From a virus: a DNA stretch of 49,086 nucleotides. The first letter of the stretch is position 1. Every line of letters starts with the position of its first letter. Positions 43,509 through 49,086 of this stretch are shown here, piece by piece. The stretch is taken from the IMG/VR virus record IMGVR_UViG_3300045988_131209. One strand, 5' to 3'. The notes under the pieces are model-generated. The model was not told the DNA's origin. It saw only the letters and a program-made list of their open reading frames with translations, and did not search any database. The translations under genes were made by a program, and so were the position numbers.

Positions 43509-43972
43509 TGAAATCTTGGCACGTCATATTGCTTTTAGCTCTTTGCGCCCTTTGTTTTTTCTTCGGCCGGCACACGAAGGAAACAGAGGCAGGGTTTGCC
43601 GCCAAGACTGACACGGTTATCCTACGTGATACGATCCGGGACAGCATCCCTTATCCTATCTATGAAACGGTGATCCAGGAAGTGCCGGAACTGTTCCCCG
43701 TTTATATCACCTTGGCGGGCGACACGGTCCGGGAACCCGTAATCGTCCCGATCCGGATCACGCAAAAAGAATACCAGACGGACGATTACCACGCATGGGT
43801 ATCGGGATATAACCCTGCTCTTGACAGCATCCATATTTTCCGAAAGACATTGTCCGTAACCCAAAAGCAACCGTCCCGCCGTTTTGGAATCGGCATAACC
43901 GCCGGTTACGGGATTGGCAAAAACGGGCTATCCCCGTACGTCGGGGTAGGCGGTTATTATAGGATTTGGTAG
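43509..43972 (+). CDS. Signal-anchored protein (lysis accessory / spanin-like candidate)
   Basis: ATG at 43509: MKSWHVILLLALCALCFFFG; Gly-rich C-terminus. Confidence 0.45.
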
Positions 43973-44096
43973 TAGTAAGCTATTTGTTCATAATCCGGGG
44001 CCGTCCGTGAGGATTGCTTCGAAATGGAAGGAAAAAGAAAGCCTTCCAAACCAAAATTTAAAAACGACCCTGGGAAGTAGTTTTTTAAATTGCGTT

Positions 44097-44136
44097 GCAC
44101 GGCTGGAAGGCTCTAAATCTTTCGGCCGTGCTTTTT
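44097..44136 (+). terminator. Rho-independent terminator ending the late/lysis transcription unit
   Basis: GCACGGC-N21-GCCGTGC followed by TTTTT. Confidence 0.65.
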
Positions 44137-44152
44137 ATGCCCGGCTCTCTGT

Positions 44153-44476
44153 ATGTATAACAAAGCAACAACAAAAAAGTTTATGCAACGGGTGGAAATT
44201 TATTACAAAAAAGTGGTGATGGCCGTTTGCCGGGTGATAGGGACTGATCCGGCAATGCTGCTATCGAGCAACAAGGAGAAGAACGTGGACGGCCGGGGAA
44301 TCGTCATAGCTATCTTGACAGAACACAAATACAGCGATGGAACCATAGCGATACTTACGGGGATGACGCGTCAGGCAGTTAACCGGATAAAGAACATCTA
44401 TCCCGATCGGATAAAGAGGAGCTACTATTTGCGCAGCGTGTTAAGCGGGGTGAAGGATGAGTTGGTAGAAGAGTGA
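44153..44476 (+). CDS. DnaA-domain-IV-like HTH protein (start possibly 44183)
   Basis: ...GRGIVIAILTEHKYSDGTIAILTGMTRQAVNRIKNI resembles the DnaA C-terminal DNA-binding domain. Confidence 0.4.
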   Translation: MYNKATTKKFMQRVEIYYKKVVMAVCRVIGTDPAMLLSSNKEKNVDGRGIVIAILTEHKYSDGTIAILTGMTRQAVNRIKNIYPDRIKRSYYLRSVLSGVKDELVEE

Positions 44477-44606
44477 AAAGCCTGTCAAAGAATTAGCAAC
44501 AAAGTCGCAACGACTTAGCAAACAACTATTTAATTAGCAATGCACTTATGGCGATGTTTGTGGTGTCCGGGATAACCCGGATATAACCAAAAAAAACATC
44601 AATAAT

Positions 44607-45449
44607 ATGGAAGCAGAAAAAATTATTTGTTGCGACAGAGGTGACAATGACAATGCTCTTGCTGCTGCTATTTTAGCAGGCAACAACCGTCGGGACAATG
44701 ATCCTATGGCAATGGCAGCCATGCTGAATGGCGGTATGAGCCAATGGATGAACAACCCGTTTGCCTACATGATGATCATGGCAATGATGCGTTTTATGTA
44801 CGGTGACGGATGGAACCAGGGCGGTAATTTCCAAAGTGCCGAAATACAAGGGCAATTGAACGCTCTTCGTACGCAGATGGCTGACAACCAAAACAGCAAT
44901 TTGTTAATGGATGCTGTCAAGGGCAATAACATCGCCATCGGTCAGTTGGCTAATAACCTGAATTGTGACTTCAATACGTTGCAACAGGCTATCTGTTCAG
45001 TTCGTGGTGGTATTGATTCTTTGGCCGGTCAGGTCGGATTCTCAGCAGAGCGCGTAATCAACGCCGTCAACATGGGAGACAGCAACATTATCCAGGCCCT
45101 GAAAGACTGCTGCTGCCAAACTCAGCAATCCATCCTCAGAATGAGCTACGAACAACAGCTTGCTACCTGTCAGCAGACAGGCGAACTTCGGAACGGTCAT
45201 CGCGACCTTGGTTCGATTATTACACAGGGATTTTCGTCTACAGCCTTCCAAGCACAGCAAGACAAATGCGATATCATTCGCGCCGGGCAGGACAACACGC
45301 AGCGCATCATAGATACGCTCAATAACCACTGGAATGCCGATTTGCAGCAACGCTACAATGACGCACGTCTCGAACTCAGTCAGCTTCGTCAGAACGCTAC
45401 TCTCATCGCCGCTCTTCGTACGACAACGACAACAACGGCTACCGCGTAA
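44607..45449 (+). CDS. Q/N/M-rich protein of unknown function
   Basis: 280 aa; Met-rich hydrophobic N-terminal stretch, Q/N-rich helical body, CCC motif, poly-Thr tail. Confidence 0.55.
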   Translation: MEAEKIICCDRGDNDNALAAAILAGNNRRDNDPMAMAAMLNGGMSQWMNNPFAYMMIMAMMRFMYGDGWNQGGNFQSAEIQGQLNALRTQMADNQNSNLLMDAVKGNNIAIGQLANNLNCDFNTLQQAICSVRGGIDSLAGQVGFSAERVINAVNMGDSNIIQALKDCCCQTQQSILRMSYEQQLATCQQTGELRNGHRDLGSIITQGFSSTAFQAQQDKCDIIRAGQDNTQRIIDTLNNHWNADLQQRYNDARLELSQLRQNATLIAALRTTTTTTATA

Positions 45450-45514
45450 CAGGTTATTTACCCCTAAAGAGCCGGAAGTTCACGCCTCCGGCTCGATTAT
45501 TAAAAAGATAGGTT

Positions 45515-46003
45515 ATGTTATTCAAGGATTTAAAGGCTGGTTATCCGGTCTACATATTAGTAAAAGGCAACGAACTTAAAGCGGTGCAGGGCAAGGTTAT
45601 CAACGTCTCAAAGCCCTATTTCCCGAACTTGCAGCCGGGGCAAATCCCATCCACACAGACCGCACAAATGTTGGTAGACGTAACGATTGAGGCGGAAGGC
45701 AAGAACCTAACCTATTCAATCCCGGAAACCCTGTCGGTGACGTACGCCAATAACATCGTGCTATCGACTGACCGCGACGGGATTCTTCGCGACGTCGAAG
45801 CAACAAAGACTCAAAGTATGGAAGTTTTAAGCTCCGTCGAGAAACACAAGTCCATTATGGAAGGCTGTGATAAGATACTCGAAGAATGGAATCCTGCTTT
45901 TGCTGAAAAGAAGGAACAGGACAAGCGAATTTCCGGCCTTGAATCGGAAGTGAAGGGGTTGTCTAAAATGTTGGCTGATTTTATCAACGAATTTAAAAAG
46001 TAA
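45515..46003 (+). CDS. Hypothetical protein
   Basis: 162-aa ORF with C-terminal coiled coil. Confidence 0.5.
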   Translation: MLFKDLKAGYPVYILVKGNELKAVQGKVINVSKPYFPNLQPGQIPSTQTAQMLVDVTIEAEGKNLTYSIPETLSVTYANNIVLSTDRDGILRDVEATKTQSMEVLSSVEKHKSIMEGCDKILEEWNPAFAEKKEQDKRISGLESEVKGLSKMLADFINEFKK

Positions 46004-46009
46004 AAGGTC

Positions 46010-46366
46010 ATGAAGGTTTACTGTGCATTTGTGAAGGTCAAGGAAAGGGAAGAATCCCCACTGCATTTTGACGAAGAGTCTGCTAAAAAGGCTGTGTCTC
46101 GTATCCATTATACGGACCGGGCCGGGGTGGAACATAAAGGAGCGCATTGGACACCGGAACAAATCGAAGTTGTCACGGCTTCGATGAAGTTTCCGGAAGG
46201 AACGACCAAATGGGATAAATATGTAGCATTTAATTCTCTGTATGCCGACCTGAACAAGGTTTTTGACGAAGCCGCGATAATCAAAGCTGCTCTATCATTT
46301 TATTTCGCGGACGAAGATGCCCCGATGGGCAAAATCAAAAGGTACATTGACGCAATGGACAAATGA
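46010..46366 (+). CDS. Hypothetical protein
   Basis: 118-aa ORF. Confidence 0.5.
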   Translation: MKVYCAFVKVKEREESPLHFDEESAKKAVSRIHYTDRAGVEHKGAHWTPEQIEVVTASMKFPEGTTKWDKYVAFNSLYADLNKVFDEAAIIKAALSFYFADEDAPMGKIKRYIDAMDK

Positions 46367-46588
46367 AAGACAAGAGTTACATAGACTATTTGATCGACAT
46401 GGCCGACAGCCTTCCGTACATGGATTACTGCCGGCTTGTGTCAGTTTTGTATTGGAATTTGTAGGACAACCCCGTCAGGGCAATAAAGCAAATCCCCGTA
46501 TACCCACTTCCGGGACGTGATAGCTTCATTTTCAACTTTTACGCGATCGGGCGCCAATCCTCTAAATTTAATTGTTCTTGTTTCCATA

Positions 46589-47428
46589 TCAATCTATAAA
46601 TTCTGTGTTGTCATTAACCTGATTGTCATCAGTTACTTTCACGATTGCCCCATCTGTAGGTTTCAAGATACATTCTTGTATCTCTCGCATTCCTATAATA
46701 ACACAAGAGGCACAAGAATTAGATGAGTATAGGTATTCCCCATCCCAAGACCAAATACCCCCATGAATATCGATAAATGCACCGACATACGGATTTAGGG
46801 TTTGTAGCACTGCTTTTCTTCCAACGTTCGTCATTTTGGCAAAAGCAGGGTGATCGAGGTTCAGTGCTTTCACCTTATCAAACAGAGCAGGATCAAGATC
46901 CTTTAACCACTGCAAAAACTTAGGAATTTCCTTCTCTTGATAGTCCCATATAACTACACCCATAAGAGCCCTTGGATGGAAATTAACAATCCGTTTAGAA
47001 ATAAACTCTTCATTATCAAAATCTGATCGTTTAATAATAGGAAGGTTGTTTGAGAAGAAACCTCCTCCACTCACAAACTCTATGTTCTCATTTAATCCTA
47101 AAAATGAGATTGGAATATAAACCAGGTCCATGAAATATTCCATCTTTCCAGGTTGTGTTAATTTGGCATTGCAAGCATCTTTATGCTTGTCCATAAACTC
47201 ATATATCCAAGAACTAAATTTTCTTGCCATTCTCGAATACCCTACAGTTGTATTTTTGGAACCGTAAGGACAATAATTTTTGAGCATTACACAATTACCT
47301 TTAGCGTATAGTTCGCATTTCTCCGGGCATTTACAGCTATAGATATACCCTACGGCTTTCTCTGACTTCTTTTGTTTGAAAAGTGCATTTTCTGGGTTCC
47401 ACACCCAGGCGTATATCTCTTTTTCCAT
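46589..47428 (-). CDS. Cys-rich hypothetical protein, last gene of the leftward operon
   Basis: 279 aa; CKCPEKCELYAKGNCVMLKNYCPYG cluster; no recognised family. Confidence 0.55.
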   Translation of the reverse strand: MEKEIYAWVWNPENALFKQKKSEKAVGYIYSCKCPEKCELYAKGNCVMLKNYCPYGSKNTTVGYSRMARKFSSWIYEFMDKHKDACNAKLTQPGKMEYFMDLVYIPISFLGLNENIEFVSGGGFFSNNLPIIKRSDFDNEEFISKRIVNFHPRALMGVVIWDYQEKEIPKFLQWLKDLDPALFDKVKALNLDHPAFAKMTNVGRKAVLQTLNPYVGAFIDIHGGIWSWDGEYLYSSNSCASCVIIGMREIQECILKPTDGAIVKVTDDNQVNDNTEFID

Positions 47429-47440
47429 ATTGCATGTCTT

Positions 47441-47791
47441 TTAGTTATTAATTAAAGATTTAACCACATATCCCTTTCCACGTAAACGTCCTTCATCGTC
47501 CCATATGGGCGTTACTGTGACTTCCGGGATAGATGCTACTATTTTGTATATTTTGTAGTTGCTCCAACCAAGGTATTTTCTGATCCTGCTTTTGGTGATT
47601 GGGTAGTAAATATCCCTTTCACCGGAGAGAGTATTGTAGGCGTATATGACCGCCGTCAGTAACTCTTCGTCGGATAATCCTGCTGGATTGATATATTTGA
47701 CATTCCACGTGCCTTGCACGGCGATGTCATTTAAACCGGTCCTGCTCTCTGATATCCGTCCTTTTATTTTTTCAAGGTCTATTTTGCACAT
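47441..47791 (-). CDS. Hypothetical protein
   Basis: 116-aa ORF. Confidence 0.5.
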   Translation of the reverse strand: MCKIDLEKIKGRISESRTGLNDIAVQGTWNVKYINPAGLSDEELLTAVIYAYNTLSGERDIYYPITKSRIRKYLGWSNYKIYKIVASIPEVTVTPIWDDEGRLRGKGYVVKSLINN

Positions 47792-47807
47792 GTACGCTTA
47801 TTTTTAA

Positions 47808-48109
47808 TTATCCCTCTGTATTAGGTAGTAAATCCCTGATGTATGCCCAACGAATTATATTAAGATCTCGTGCAAATTCCTCCCAATTTACCGAATCTAC
47901 AAATGAGTCAAACCCGTCATCACCAACCTGTGCAATGTACCATGTATCCCGGCGTGGTTGTTCTTTTGCATCATGCCACACGCTATTAATGCGCCATTCT
48001 GCACCAACCATAAAACCATTGGCAAATTCAAACACTTCCTCGAAATCATCACATGCCTTTTTGCCGTTTCTATCGCTGCTTTTTCAATATCTTCTATTTT
48101 CATATTCAT
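47808..48109 (-). pseudogene. Small W-rich protein split by a -1 frame change at an A5 run (programmed shift, indel or sequencing error)
   Basis: N-terminal ORF MNMKIEDIEKAAIETAK... and a C-terminal ORF lacking an ATG join as ...ETAKKACDDFEEVFEFANGFMVGAEW... if one base is slipped at 48058-48062. Confidence 0.4.
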
Positions 48110-48267
48110 TCTATTCCAAACTTTCTACAATTTCTTCAAGAGAGCCTCGTACAAAGGCTGTTGTTTCATCACTGCATCGACCTAAGAAGTTCAATAATGT
48201 ACTCTGAATATTGTACCATTCATTTAACTCCTGCTGTAAATATTCTTTTCCCATAATTTATTAATTG

Positions 48268-48582
48268 TTAATTAATTATCAAAATCTCTCTATACGAGAT
48301 GTATATCTCTCGTGATACCGTATTTTCATCATGACACCAGCATAAATACCATTTGCGATTGCCGCAAGAATTATACTGAGCCTTCCACATTTTGCCGTTA
48401 TACTTGCCGGTCGGTTCCGAACCTGTGTAATCTGGCAGCATCTCAAAATCCCGTCTATACATCACGGCATATTTGTCATCAAGCACCAGATTGTTTCTGT
48501 CCGGTTGTTTCCATGCTATCCCCCAGGGATGTGTCATAGGCGGGATAACGTTTTCATCTAATACAACTTTGCGCATTTCCAT
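48268..48582 (-). CDS. Hypothetical protein
   Basis: 104-aa ORF. Confidence 0.5.
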   Translation of the reverse strand: MEMRKVVLDENVIPPMTHPWGIAWKQPDRNNLVLDDKYAVMYRRDFEMLPDYTGSEPTGKYNGKMWKAQYNSCGNRKWYLCWCHDENTVSREIYISYREILIIN

Positions 48583-48585
48583 ATC

Positions 48586-48960
48586 TCAGTTATTTTTTAT
48601 ATTTTTAAGGGAACATGACTGGCTCAAATCAGATATAAATCCTGATTTGCCTTGAATTTTTGTGTCAAGAGTAGTTGCAACATTGGATATATTTTCTGAT
48701 CCATCGGAAATCCCTATATTGCTAACAAAAGACTTTTTTGATTCTGCGGCGAACGGTTTACTACGTAAGATCATATTATATATAGGGATTTCGTGCATTA
48801 TTTCACATAAATATTCAAACATTCGTTTGTTTCTTTTTTTGTAATACTTTTGCACTGCTTTTTCCCTCTGATGCTTAGAATACGAATAAAACCGACCATA
48901 ACCGGACGAAAAATGTAAGTAGCAGACTTTCATTATTTTTTTGGCAATTCTAATATTCAT
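48586..48960 (-). CDS. Hypothetical basic protein
   Basis: 124-aa ORF immediately downstream (across the circle junction) of the PAPS-reductase-like gene. Confidence 0.5.
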   Translation of the reverse strand: MNIRIAKKIMKVCYLHFSSGYGRFYSYSKHQREKAVQKYYKKRNKRMFEYLCEIMHEIPIYNMILRSKPFAAESKKSFVSNIGISDGSENISNVATTLDTKIQGKSGFISDLSQSCSLKNIKNN

Positions 48961-48967
48961 GTTTTTT

Positions 48968-49086
48968 TAAATTTGTATTATTCGCAAAGCCCATGATAAA
49001 GGCTCATACAACTATATCCGCCTTCCGGCTCAAACATGTCTGACATCGTATCATTACGATTTACATAGTCAATGACTTCCTGCACA
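48968..49086. repeat. Terminal overlap, identical to 1-119
   Basis: Read directly. Confidence 0.95.

Larger units (their letters stand above)
1..48967. mobile_element. Complete circular temperate siphovirus-like phage genome (unit length 48,967 bp), Bacteroidales-type
   Basis: Exact 119-bp overlap of window ends; complete packaging/head/tail/lysis, recombination/replication and lysogeny (repressor, integrase, tRNA-derived attP) modules; TAnnTTTG -7 boxes. Confidence 0.85.

Overview
The window is one complete, circularly closed temperate phage genome. Bases 1-119 recur exactly at 48968-49086, so the unit length is 48,967 bp. It has siphovirus-like HK97-type morphogenesis genes. The host is probably Bacteroidales, judged from TAnnTTTG -7 promoter boxes, weak SD usage and typical Bacteroides-phage domain families.

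Layout:
- **Leftward early operon** (about 14538 down to 11, continuing across the junction to 48960-46589). It carries a DUF4373 replication organiser, Bro-N/KilAC antirepressor, VRR-NUC, a YqaJ exonuclease + annealing protein + DUF1351 recombination module, a CcrM-like methyltransferase, a PAPS-reductase-like PP-loop protein and DUF4406.
- **Lysogeny module** (14539-18489). This holds a cI-like repressor, operator palindromes and a tyrosine integrase. attP contains the 3' two-thirds of a tRNA-Arg(CCG) flanked by 11-bp arm-type repeats, and three lysogen-expressed morons follow.
- **Two minus-strand cassettes** (18645-20125) with a duplicated promoter, each 'acidic protein + small XRE HTH'.
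- **Rightward late operon** (20431-42498). It encodes HNH, terS(P27), terL, portal, protease, MCP, connectors, major tail protein, a G/GT chaperone with a visible -1 slippery site, TMP, several receptor-binding proteins and a lysis cassette.
- **Right end of the late region.** A self-contained hicAB cassette (42565-43459), a membrane protein (43509-43972) and an unknown rightward module (44153-46464).

Observations most worth follow-up:
- Three to four tRNA-like RNAs lie on the coding strand of the early operon. Their acceptor and T arms are intact, and two carry the G3:U70/A73 alanine identity set, but I could not draw a usable anticodon arm for any of them by eye. They sit in an ORF-poor, structure-rich 2-kb island.
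- The twin acr-aca-like cassettes.
- A membrane-anchored HIRAN + lipoprotein + small-TM moron trio downstream of int.
- A 25-nt element repeated exactly between stop and start codons at three late-gene junctions.

All family assignments are motif recognition by eye. No searches or folding programs were run.
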